Below are positions 37,533 through 50,100 of a stretch of 64,000 bases of DNA, one piece after another. Location: positions 22,878,001 to 22,942,000 of the forward strand of contig NC_086375.1 in assembly GCF_036588685.1 (NCBI RefSeq). Reading direction: 5' to 3'. Positions within the stretch are counted from its first letter, which is position 1. Each line of letters opens with the position of its first letter. Source of the stretch: Mytilus trossulus (Eukaryota). Both the position numbers and the translations under genes were made by a program. The notes beneath the pieces were generated by a model that searched no databases, was not told the DNA's origin, and saw nothing but the letters and a program-made list of their open reading frames with translations.

Positions 37533-38573
37533 TTATACACATGTGATAGAAAATTTGTGGATTTTAAAACCATCGCTTGCAACAAAATATAAATCTTTCA
37601 CAATGTTTGTAAGACAATCAATACTTTCTAAATCAATTGGTTTCCTATAAGTAAGATTGCCGTCTTGAGACAATACTAGCAAAGTCTTATCAGTAAGTAT
37701 GAGTACATGGCCACTATCCGCACAAGCTACGGCATCTGGACAAAAAATCTCATCAGGTTCATCGAACGGTCCATGAAACATCCAATGAATGTTCCCTGTT
37801 TTAGATAAGCCAACAACTCGAGTTGACACTTCACAATTCCAGTCTATTATTATAATGTCTCCATTCAATGGATTAACAGTAATTTGTTGAGGCAAAGCAT
37901 CAATAAAGTCAGGAGTATCAACAATATTGTATTGGAAAGAATTCGTCAATTCCCCATTTTTGTTGTACATAACAATCTTATGGAATGGTTCTGCATCAGT
38001 CTCATTTTCTATAACCCCAACCACAATATCTCCTGAATCATATGCATAAATTCCACAACACCCATAGGGAGACTCGTCAGCAAACTTTTCATATTTTCCT
38101 TTTAAATTGATTCGCCCTATTTCACCATTTTGAGTAAGGTAAAGAAATCCAGCTTTAGAATAAGAAATTTCAAAAATTCTGTCAGCACTATAGACACGTT
38201 TAACTTTCAAATCCTCTCCCAAAGTAATATAAAAGACAGTTGCATCACCTAATGCCCATAAAGTATGTTCATCAATAGCACAAATAGTTTCGAGTTTGAC
38301 GTTTTTTCCATCTTCTTGGATTATTTCCTTCTCAGCTAGTGCTGAAGATAAGTCGCATATTTTCAATGTATTAACATTTGTATTTTGTTCTGGGTTTCTT
38401 GATTTATCTGCTGCTTCACGCCGGGCAAGCTCGTTTTCGCTAAATTCAATTTTGTGGTCATAATGTCTTAGATTGCGACATTTTGGACAAAAAAGACTTT
38501 TAGGTTTACATGTAGTACACTTGAAACGAACATCGTAAGCTGACATACAGCCTGAGCACACCACGTTCTGCAT
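37533..38573 (-). CDS. Intronless B-box zinc finger plus NHL-like beta-propeller protein (TRIM-like), copy 2, 346 aa
   Basis: Paralogue of 31834-32874, same length, intact frame, 12 amino-acid differences by manual comparison. Confidence 0.8.
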   Translation of the reverse strand: MQNVVCSGCMSAYDVRFKCTTCKPKSLFCPKCRNLRHYDHKIEFSENELARREAADKSRNPEQNTNVNTLKICDLSSALAEKEIIQEDGKNVKLETICAIDEHTLWALGDATVFYITLGEDLKVKRVYSADRIFEISYSKAGFLYLTQNGEIGRINLKGKYEKFADESPYGCCGIYAYDSGDIVVGVIENETDAEPFHKIVMYNKNGELTNSFQYNIVDTPDFIDALPQQITVNPLNGDIIIIDWNCEVSTRVVGLSKTGNIHWMFHGPFDEPDEIFCPDAVACADSGHVLILTDKTLLVLSQDGNLTYRKPIDLESIDCLTNIVKDLYFVASDGFKIHKFSITCV

Positions 38574-39339
38574 TTGGTTGTATATAAAACCACCTATCAA
38601 CTAAATCCAGTGCATGCTCCCTTTAATACTTAACCACGTTCAAAATCATCTTCTTCTGATATGCCTGTACATTGCTTGAAATTTGAAACTCCTATTTCAC
38701 AACACTTGTTTGATTCTGGTATCCACCGTTCTGTTTTGCTCTGTACAGTTATTTTCCTCCGTTATATATCGGAGCACTCCCACTTCGGATATAGTTTAAA
38801 TGCTTAACAGCTATTTACAAAGATATTGCCGTAGTTTAATCGCGGTGCTTAAGTTTAAAGGTTTTATATACATAATACAGGTGAGAATTGTGGGTTTTAA
38901 AAGCAAGAAATGAAAATAAGGTGGTATTTATAGTTCTACATAGGTTACAATTTAGGATTTAGGTAACATTTGAGTTTCTATTGAAGAGACAGAGGGATGT
39001 TAAAATCATAATTTTCAAAAAGTAAAAAAATTATACGGTAAAAATAAAGATAATTAAAACAAGAAACAAAAATTGGAAGGAAGTAAATTAAGTCAGGATG
39101 GTAACAGCTTTACAAGAGAGAAAAAAACAAAAAAAATGAATATATCAATAACTATAATTTTATTATGTGCTGTAAAATTTGGAAATATGGTGACCCCCTG
39201 TCAAAGTTTCAGCATATAATGTAAAAAAAAAAAGTAGCTGGTTTAGTCATATATGAGGTCGTTATATAGTTAGAAATTCTATGCAAAACTGCGTTGTTCT
39301 TTGTTCCTGTTATTTATATGCATTGTTTCAATTTGTATA

Positions 39340-41640
39340 GTCCAATACAATATTGATGTTACTAAATGAAATTCAACTTGTAGGTGGTCTTAAAGAAAAA
39401 GTATTTGGATGTTTCAGGATTTTCAATGCAGCCTCTGATTAATGTATCACTGTATTTGTAGGCCCATGCGTTTTTTTTTGCATTTGGTGACAGAATTTTG
39501 GAGAAATTAGTTTTTAGATGGGATAAGGTAGTTGTTGATAAATTTGAACAGTAAATTACAATTTGAAGCATATCCTCTTGTTAATAATAATCTTGCCCAT
39601 GTCTCCCATTCAACACGGTTAACAATATAAGTTTGTTCATCTGTTTTCAAGATTCGACAGAGACTCACATTACAGCAAATAATGCGTAACATCCTCTTCA
39701 GCTTTGGTGCAGAGCTCACATATTCCAGATGTTTGATTTAAACATTTAGCTTTAGATGATTGATGCATGTCGGTTCCGGTTATTAAAATACTTTTAACCT
39801 TGGCTTTTTAAAAGTCATTCTGATTGTTTCTGACAGATTTCTAGATATTGTATGGGTTTTCAGTAGGGGTTTCTTAGATTGACAAGTATATAATTGCTGG
39901 GTTTTTTTTTCAATTATTCCTCCTTCCAAATATTTATCCAGTATCTATGGCCTTTTTCGTCAAGTTTGTCAATTTGTATTTTGATGATGGGTTTTCTATA
40001 ATTATATCTTTTGGATCTGGCAAACTATATTTATTCAAGATTTTTCCTTCTCTGTTTATAAATGATTCTGTGAATTCCTTTCTTATTTCTAGTTCCCCTT
40101 GTAGGATTGCATTTTCAATCCAAAAAATTGTAGAAATAAAAAAAAACATATTTCAATTAACTGTTTCCACTCTAAGATGAATATAGAGAGCAAATGATGC
40201 AGCCCTTTCAGGTATACTTAGGAATTCTCTAAATATTTTCTTTTGTAGTTTTTCTAGCTCATATATGTTTACCTTCTCTAAATCTGTACATTCAGACCAT
40301 ACATAAATCTAAGGAATACATATGGATTTTGCAGAGAACTAGCGGGCACATTCCTTAACATGCATACAGGACATATACTAGAAGTGTATGTATAGTGTGT
40401 CTACTGGTTTTAGTCTATCATCAGTGTTACTTATCTTTTGTCATTTTTTCTTTTATGGTAAGTCTAATTCTTCAATAAAAATATTTCATATGTCAGTTAT
40501 TTCCTCTGTGTTTTAAAGTTTGTTTGATAACCTTTGATAACTATTTGCCAAACTGATTGATTGTTTTCTCCCTCAAATCTTTGGTTTCCAATGTAAAGTA
40601 TATCTGTGTTTGTATCAAATGTTACTGTCCTTCCGGGGTCTTGCATAATATAGCGTTGATAAAAAAAATTATCTTGGAGGCATAGGCTTGCATTTGTAAG
40701 TCATCAGTCTGTCTTACGATTTGGTAATATTATTTATTTGTCTATATTTGAGTATGGACTTTGTGCTACCTTGTGTATTGAATTTTCAAGAAAATTGATA
40801 CGTTTTCAACGCTATATAATTTTCTTCGACTTTTGCATTCCAGCTCTTGTTTTAACGTTGATGTGTATGAGTTGGGCTCTCATTTTCCCCAGTTTTGGTC
40901 TAGTGAAGATTTTGACTAGTTGGGTTTTGGTTTTGTTAATCTCCATTGGTATATTAGACTTCTGAAGTGTTCGTTTGATGTCTCTCCTCTATGACTATTT
41001 TGGAATTTCATATCCCAGCTTCATTTATAGGAAAAATTATGTAGTTTTTTTGGGGAGGTGTACGTCCCATTAATGATTGAAAAATGTAAGAGACGTTGGA
41101 TATCTGTTGACTGAGGATGACTTGTTGTTGATCATGAATTCCTTTAGTTTTTGGTCGCGTATTCTGTTATCTCTGTGAAGTGACGCATTCATGTCCTCGC
41201 AAATAATTGTATGGTAATAATGTACCGTTCTTTCATTTTGGATATCTGATCCATTTTGTCTTTATGATCAAGATCTGCTTGAAGGGATGGCATATAGACA
41301 TAACTAGGAGTGTTTTCAATGGACTTCTATTGATTGAGATCACTTGTATACGACTGTTGCCATTAGGCATTATATTTATATCTTTATTCCAAAATAATGC
41401 TGGTCCGCCTTACTCTCTATTTGCTCAATGATTTATTATGGGATCATCATCATCAACTGATTTGAAGTCATCATTTTTCATAATATCCTTTTTTCTAGTG
41501 ATCGAATCAAGTGTTCTTGGATACAGAGTATTATAATTATTTTAAGATAGTTTGTATATAAAAGAGTTGCCTTTTATATTCTGGATGTTTAAGGTTCCTA
41601 TTGTGGAGTTGCCTGATAAGAATTATGTGTTGGCATTCCA
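39340..41640 (-). mobile_element. Heavily decayed LINE with APE endonuclease remnants and an apparently deleted RT core
   Basis: The minus strand gives TIGTLNIQNIKGN (~41600, EN motif I) and HTIICEDMNASLHR (~41200, GDxN-like motif). The post-RT segment follows at ~40300-39400. Confidence 0.6.
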
Positions 41641-43127
41641 CACCAATTAGGAAGTTATCCGAGGAGTGCGAGATGGAATTACATACCAGCTAACACCTGG
41701 TACAGTGTTAGTACTGTTGTATTCTCCAACACTCAAAGTTTGCAAAATTTTGATGTATTCTGTTTCCTTTCGATGGAGGTTGCATTTCAATTCATTAATT
41801 TCTGAATTGTGTTAAAGTTCTATGCTTATAATTTGCATTTTGCGTTGGCAGTTCATTCTAAATTCTTCAATTTGTTGTTCCATTTTTAGATGATTCTAAC
41901 GCACATATATATAGTGTCGATGGAGGATGATTATTGTTATATCCTACAGGCGATGGTGTTGGTATCATCATTTGGAAGAGTCATATTTCGTTGTTCCGAG
42001 TTGGATGTTTTGCTGTGATTTTTTCTAGAATTCTGTGGCTTTTTAGTACCTCTTCTTCCTGTGACATATTCTGGTGTGGCAACCTGTAAGCTTTATCACC
42101 TTCTACGTTGTATTGATAAACATTAATTTGGGGAGGGATAGTTAAATTGAGTTGTTCATTTGAGCCTTCAATATAGGTAGAGTTCACAATTCGTTTTGAT
42201 AGAGTCTCTTAACGATATTGTCTTGTTAAGACTAGTGCTCTTCAATAAGAGCATGTATATGAATCATATATATGGTTTGCCATGAGATATTCAGTAACCC
42301 CTTCACATGAGATGTGAAACCAGAGTTTGCATTCTGACATTCAATTGCTGATGTGTTTGTCAACAATGCTTTCAACATTGATTATATTTTTTTGTTAAAT
42401 CATCAAGAAACTTCTTAATATGATGCCGAAATTTAACCAAAATATAAATGGTAATAACTGTCCTTTTCTTGATTTCATTACAAAATTTGACAAGCTCAGG
42501 AGCCTGTAATTCAGTGGTTGTCGTTTGTTTATGTGTAACATATTTGTTTTTTGTTCATTTTTTTATATAAATAAGCTGTTAGTTTTCTAGTTTGAATTGT
42601 TTTACATGGTCTTATCGGGGCCTTTTATAGCTGACTATGCGGTATGGCTTTGCTCATTGTTGAAGGCCGTACCGTGACCTATAGTTGTTAATGTCTGTGT
42701 CATTTTGGTCTTTTGCAGATTGTTGTCTCATTGGCAATCATACCACATCTTCTTTTTTATAAGCTTTTAATGCCACATCATGTCCAAAGAATTTGTATTT
42801 ACAAACTTAACCTAAATATTAATGACAATGACTCTGACAATGGAATTCAGGAAGGTTGTGTGTCGATTTTACCACATTAATGTCACAGGCTTTACAAAAA
42901 AAACACGATTCCATAATAACAAGTGCATAACTTCAATTATGTGTGCAATTGTTCTGTAAGCTTTCAAAAAACAGCTTAAGTAAAAGTTTAAAACATAAAA
43001 TTGATGAGGCTTTTTAAAAATCTTGCAGAAAATGACAATGGATCCTAGTCTTCTAAAACGGAAAAATTTCTTTAACAAAATTTAGTAATATGATGCCAAA
43101 TTTCAATATGTGTGCAATCTCTTTGTG

Positions 43128-43440
43128 AAGTTTCATGAATCTGTGTTAAAGATCAATAAAGACCCTGGGAAGACAAAAACAAAGTCAGTTTCAGTTTCTT
43201 GAATCTGTGTTAAAGATCAATAAAGACCCTGGGAAGACAAAAACAAAGTCAGTTTCAGTTTCATGAATCTGTGTTAAAGATCCCTAAAGGCCCTGGGAAG
43301 ACAAAAACAAAGTCAGTTTCAGGAATCTGTGTTAAAGATCACTAAAGGCCCTGGGAAGACAAAAACAAAGTCAGTTTCAGTTTCATGAATCTGGGTTAAA
43401 GGTCACTAAAGACCCTGGGAACAAATGCAAAGTCAGTTCC
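43128..43440. repeat. ~62-bp tandem repeat, 5 units, possibly within a reverse-oriented HINE-like remnant
   Basis: gaatctgtgttaaagatc(a/c)(a/c)taaag(a/g)ccctgggaagacaaaaacaaagtcagtttcagtttcat repeated. A hairpin ttgcactttgtgcaa lies at ~43497-43512. Confidence 0.85.
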
Positions 43441-43566
43441 ATTGTTGGAAACACAAGCCCAATAAAACCTGAAATCAAAAGATTATAAGAAGGTTTTTGC
43501 ACTTTGTGCAACCAACCCGAAAAAGACGATAACATCCAGTAACTACACAAGATATATCACATATTT

Positions 43567-43572
43567 TTTATT
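43567..43572 (-). promoter_or_regulatory. Candidate polyadenylation signal for SDCCAG8
   Basis: AATAAA on the minus strand ~570 bp after the stop codon, followed by GT-rich sequence. Confidence 0.4.
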
Positions 43573-44140
43573 TATAATATAATATACAAGTAAATAGCAC
43601 ATTGTAAAAATATCAATAAAATATCACAGAATATTCATATCTAAGATCCACTTAACCTACAACCTAACAGTACATTGGACACGTTAATGTTTAACTTGAC
43701 TTTTAAAATATCATAACTGCTTTTATACTTATAATCATTTCATCATTTGAATCATACATTTACATGTATTAAAATAGTTTTTCTTTTGTTGCAAAATAAG
43801 AAATTTAAGGATTTCTTTTTTATAAAATCGAAAATTGATTTGTATTTCATTTACATTTCAAATTAAAAACACAAATAAAATTTAACCTCAACTATTCTGA
43901 TGAAAATATTCCAAAGAGAGTAGCCATCTTTTAAGATCTATTTCTATACTAACCTTCTTACATGAAAAGTATTCAAAATTACAAAATGTATATAAACCAG
44001 AACTTCTGCCTGAGATGAACATGCCAGAACTAAAAACTCTTTTTAGAATTCAGGGCAGAATCGCCACTCTTTAAAGCCTAAATGCACTTTATCATAAGTC
44101 ATATTCTTAAAAACTATCATGTTTTTGTTCCCTTAGGGTG

Positions 44141-47100
44141 TCATGTTTTTGTAGATTCATCGAAATGTACACGTTCCTTTGGACCTGAGAAATAAGCCTC
44201 CTTTTCCTCTGAATTAACAGTTGATATAATTTCATCTACTAAAGGTTTGTTTGATGATAAAAATTTGTTAAGATCTTCTTCATTTGATTTGGCGATTTCC
44301 TTGCGTAAAAATTCCACTTCTCTAACAAGTAACTGTCTGTCTTTCATCAGATGACTTTGACACGCTATAAGCTCTAAAATCTGCAAAAGAAAATTGAACA
44401 TTGATATGCTGTCGCATGTGGTAAAATAATAGGCATAAAGGGTCAACCCATGGTAAAATCAGTATAAATTCAAGCCCCCATAACTATTTCTTAGACAATG
44501 CTAAGAGATAAGAAATTATAATGTTGACAAATATTTTACAGGAGAAGTTTCCACGTAATACCAGTCTATAACTGAGGATAGCCTCTTTTTGAATTCCAAA
44601 ATTATTTTGTATGTAATTTTTCAAATAGTAAACAAGTAAGACAATTTCGTGCCTCAAATTTTCTTTTTGTCAGCATTTAAACCATTCAGAAGCAAAAATT
44701 ATAAATATGGCTAGTGTTTATGTTTGATATTGGGAGTATAACTATATTGTCATATTGTTTTATATAATTGTATGACAAATCTAATCCCATTTGTTTTTGT
44801 AGTTTTTTTAGTAGAGAATTGTATTGTAAAGATATATACAGTAAAACAAAGCGAGTCAAAATAATGAGTAACAAGAAATGTAGCATATGAAAGAATCTTG
44901 TAACTGAATTTTCTTCAAACAATATAAAAACATAAACTTTGTAACAAAAAGTAAAACCTGAACTAATGCTAACTTATACCAACTGTGTGCTATAGAACAA
45001 AGTATAAAGAGAGACATCACATTGAGTTCAAAATAATGTTAAAGGTTGCAACAATTACATTACACATTTATAAAAATTATGGACAATCATTTTTTAGTTC
45101 TTGCAAACCTACAAAGCACTTTGGGTACAACTTAAATATAATCTATAAACAACAAAGGTGAGTTATTTATTGAGAATCTTTACTTGAACAAAACAAATTA
45201 AATGATACAAATGACAAGGAACAATTCTGTGCAGTAAATTTCAGGTATTATTTTTTTCCCCTGGCTTGAAAAGATATTAGATTCAACAATATCTTATACA
45301 AAAAGAAAAGATCTGAAAATGAAAATATTTTTTTTTATCATTAAATTATCTCCCCTAAATGAAATGAGCACTCTATGACACTAATAAATGTAAATATAGC
45401 TCCATCCATATTTTTTTTTAATAGTTTTGAGAGGTCTCACACTGATTTTTAATGATTATCTTAAACTTTTCTTTATTCAAACATAGTTGTAGTGCTCACT
45501 TTTTTGTAAATCAAACAATTGCAGGGGAGATAATTAATTCAAACTTTCAAATATTTAAGGGGAGATAATTAAATTTTCTGAAATTTAATAAAACAATTAA
45601 TTTGTCCAAAAAACACTGCATCTAATTGTAACTTATATAAAATTATAACTCTTTTGGTGTAATTTTCTTAGATTGGAAATAAGAGAATTTGGTAAATCAT
45701 CATATTTTGAAAAAGTAAAACCTGACATCTAGCAGCAAACATACCTGTTGTGACTGATTTTGGCCATGGTCATCCAACATTTTTAACCTTTCTGTCATCT
45801 TCTTGTGTACTCTGTCATGTTGTTCACTCTGTTCTTCTAAAGTGGTCATATGTGTTACAGCTCGTTCTAATCGATGTCGTAACTCATCATTTTGTGTACG
45901 TAAATTACCACACTCACTCCTGCAAAGAAAATACATAGTAAAATAAATGCCTTGAAACTATGCAGGTTATAATTGTTTTTAAATGCTTGATTCTACAAAG
46001 AGTTTGGTGAAAATATTGTTGACAATACTACCTCTAGCCTCTTAGAAATGTACAAATCTTCAAAAAATGCAATACTATAGGGTTATTGCATGAATATTGG
46101 GGAATATTGTTCGTGAGTAGAATTTTTATTGCACGAGCTTGCTAGTGAAATATATGTTCTATGAGGGACAATATTCCCCAATATTCATGCAAAAACCCTT
46201 TTATTGTATAGCAATATAAAATTTGAAAGTAAAAATCTGTTTAAATTAAGATTTTGTCAATGGTGACATCATAATTTTTTAAGATTTATTGCACTAGTGC
46301 AATATTATACAATTACTGTCTTTTGGTGAGGTAAATGTGTGGTTTTATTGACTTTTGAAAAACTGACATTCACTGAGGCCAACGGTCAATAAAACCACAT
46401 ATTTACCTAAACAAAAGACAGTAAATGTTTTATTCCATATTCCAAGAGAAATTAATGTAATGGAAAATATTTACCAAAATCAATTGTACATCAAACGTTT
46501 TTTTACCAAAATTATACACGTAAAAGCATGCGACGTTTTGCGCGGTGAATATCCTTTTTCCGCAGGTGAATATGCTTATTTATTCAAAATCCCATTCATT
46601 TAGAAAAAGCTACAAATATTTTATCAATATGGAATAATAGAATTTATTGCACACTAACTTTTGGTTACTTTCTGTGGGAAATATTATATTGCTATGCAAT
46701 AATTATTCTTTATAGCCTTAAAAAAATATTTTCTTTCTTGGATTGTCTCACACTTTTATCCAAGGACCAATTATAGCTTACTGTAGGGTATGGATTTTAC
46801 ATTATATGTTGTTCACATTTTGTTATGATAAGCATCTTATAGCTTAGTACACACTAAGGAATTTTCTTGCTGCTGAAGCAGGGTTTTAGCTAGGATTTTG
46901 AGGGCTTTAGTCACTTTTGCGCGTGATAAAAATCAGCCTTATTTTTTTATAAAGCAAGGGATCTAGGATGTTTATCAAACTAGCATTACATATATGTCCA
47001 AGTCCTTCAAGGACTAGTCTAGGATCTTTGAAGACTTTAGGATTGCTAATGTAGGCAGTTATTTGCAATATTGAATGAATTGACTGATGTGATGCTAAGA

Positions 47101-50100
47101 TATGAAGATAAGAACAGGGATCTGGTAATATGGTCAAAACTTCACTTCAGTTATTTTCAGGGCACACCCCTTATCAACAAAAGTTGGGTGCCTTTATATT
47201 TAACCACTGCACAAATGAACTTGTAACGACTTTTTCACTTCACAATCATTTATATCCTTGAAAATACGTTTTAATATCTATTTGGAATCAATTTCTTTAA
47301 TATTGGATAGAAGGATCTGCATCTATACTTAATGGGACATTTCTAATGACTGTAGATCACGTTTACTTTCGATTTTTAAACGAAATGAAATGAAAACGGG
47401 AAGTGACAATTGAATAATAATTTTAGAATAAAACCGGATTCATCTACGAACTTTTACGCATGCGCAATGCATTGAACAGGAAGCACCTGTTTGCAAGTGA
47501 AAATATTTACGTTTTGAATAAAGTTCATTCTTTTTAATCGAAGTTGTCGAAAGTTTTTGATGAATATATTTATATAAAGTATGACGAAAATACGTTGAAA
47601 TGACGAAACTACGACAAGCAAACTGCAAATTATAATCCTAAGGGAAATATTGAAATTTAAATAAAGTTGAAATGTCCGGGAAGTTTATCAATTTTGTTCA
47701 AATGACGAAAATACGACTGAACTGTGAGAAATGATTAAAATGAAATGCTGACTGACTGATTTAACTTAAATAGATTATTATGATGGTCATTTATGAGGTT
47801 TTATAATGATAATTAAGGGATTAGTGACCCATCTGATTGGCGATAAGCGGATTACTTGTCATCACAACTTTTAACACCTTTGGTAAACGTTAATTACCTG
47901 AGGGCCATAAACTTGTCAGAATCATAAAGACAGGTAGAATTCAAGTAATTTGATGTGTAAATACTTTTACACCTTCCAAATTTAAGTGACGAAATTGATA
48001 TGAAATATTTTCGTCATTTCGAAAACCTTTTCGTAAAATACGAAAGTGACGAGCGCTAGCTAAATCACTGGCTGAAGGCTGTTCTGTGACCTTTGGTTAT
48101 TTACCTCTGTGTCCTTTATTGGTGACAAGTTTTCTCATTGTCAAATCTTCTTTTTCTTTAATTAAATTATAACAAACAAACCTATTTTTCTTGACTAGTT
48201 TTTCTACTTGAGCTGTCTGCCGTTTACATTCCTCCCTCAACTTTCCAATCAGACGATTTTGTTTCTTTAACATAACATCCATGTCATGTGTTGTTCTAGC
48301 TACAATTAAAAGAAAAATAGCTACACATCATTTACTTTCAATGATAGTACTAAATAGAGTTTAATAACGACTACATTCACGGGTATTGCACCATTTTACT
48401 GTATATAAAAACATATCTAATATATGTTTTTAATTTATTACTATTTAGGAATTAACCTTTATTATATATTCATATTATAGAATATTGTGAGGTTTTTTCC
48501 CCTCTAAATTTAATTTTAATTAAACTTTGATGTGTATTTTAATTACCTCGTTTATCTTGTGTTTAATTTATAGAGAGAAGAAGAGTTTATGTGAGCTAAT
48601 TATTCCTTCATATGTCATTTAGCCTGCTTTGTTTGCAAATATTAAATAATTTGGTAAATAGGTGTGTTTGTTGTTTATACATGATATACATGAAAACTAA
48701 GTATCAAATACTCTTGGATAGACATATCTGACTTTTCCAAATATGCAAATCTTTTATAAGTAAAAGTGCTATCTTCAGTCAAATTCAATATACAGAGAAT
48801 CACAGTTTACCAAGGGCGTACGAGCCGCGGTATAATTGTATTAATGTATATACCATGTACCAGAATATGTCAGACCCCTTCTAGGATTTGCATATTTGGA
48901 AAAGTCATTAATACAAGTACACAGCAGCTCGTACATCCTTGGCAAATTGTAATTCTCTGTATATTGATTTTGACTGAAGATAGCACTTTTACTTATAAAA
49001 GATTCTTAAACTTACGTTCTAGAAAAAAATATATATAGTATTACCGTGTATAGATATAGGAAGATGTGGTGTGAGTGCCAATGAGACAACTCTCCATCCA
49101 AATAACAATTTAAAAATTAAACCATTATAGGTTAAAGTACGGCCTTCAACACGGAGCCTTGGAGTGTATGTATAATTAAGAACTGTAAGATTAATGTATT
49201 GTTGTAACATATGTGTGTGTAATAAATTGCAAGTGTTCATGTTTTGCTGATATGTACAGTGTTGATACCAGAGAGTGCTATCTTGGTAGTACTTGTTTTA
49301 GTGTACTACTTTTTTAAAAACTTTCGATAAGGTTTTAGTGTATATGATATTTTCAAGATAAAAGTAATAGCAGAGCTTTTGTAGTCTCTTTTTAAGTTTT
49401 TGCATAGCTTGTATAGACTTTGGGTACTAAGAGCTAACACTTTTTCATTGTTGCAAATCCTTTGTTTACCTCTAGATGATTTAATAGTGTTGATTGGTTT
49501 TAATGTAAATGTAAACTATGCTGAAATAAGTCTAGATTAAAGGGGTTCAAATTCTGACAGGCATAAATCTTTTTAAAATCACATTTTCAGAATAGAAGAA
49601 TCATCATCCTTGTCAGATCAATAGAGAAACATACCATTTTTCTCTTCAACATCTTCAATAAAACTGCCCAATTGTTCTTCTCTCTGTTTGGCACGGATAG
49701 ACACAGCTTTCATATCTTCATTTCGTCCCCTTTCTATACTGTCTCGTGCTAATTTAGCCAGATGCAGCTAAAAATAGATATCAGAGTAATTTATTCATGT
49801 AATAGAAATAAGGTTTTTGAAAGTATAATTTCTAATTATGCAAGAATAAAATTAAAAGTACTGTAGAATAAAAAAATTCTGAGATATACACAACATTTCT
49901 TTAGATTTAATTATAATTATCTATTTTTCTTTCATTCTTTTAATAAGGCAACCTTTATTTCTATTGATAACTCAAAACACCTGCATTATAGATCAAAACA
50001 TTATTTAAAATGCAAGTTGAACTTCTAGGAAAACCTCAAGTTTAAATAACATACCTTAAGTTTCTGAGATTCCATTTTAGGTGACGAATATTTTAAAATC

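Larger units (their letters stand above)
29250..40365. repeat. Direct tandem segmental duplication, units ~29250-34640 and ~34749-40365
   Basis: Both units begin acgtgtaaaggaatgaacaa(t/c)cccacattataggggcatc and end gggcacattccttaacatg. Each holds Gypsy RT/RH remnants, a TTAA MITE, a B-box/propeller gene and a LINE 3' remnant. Confidence 0.93.
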
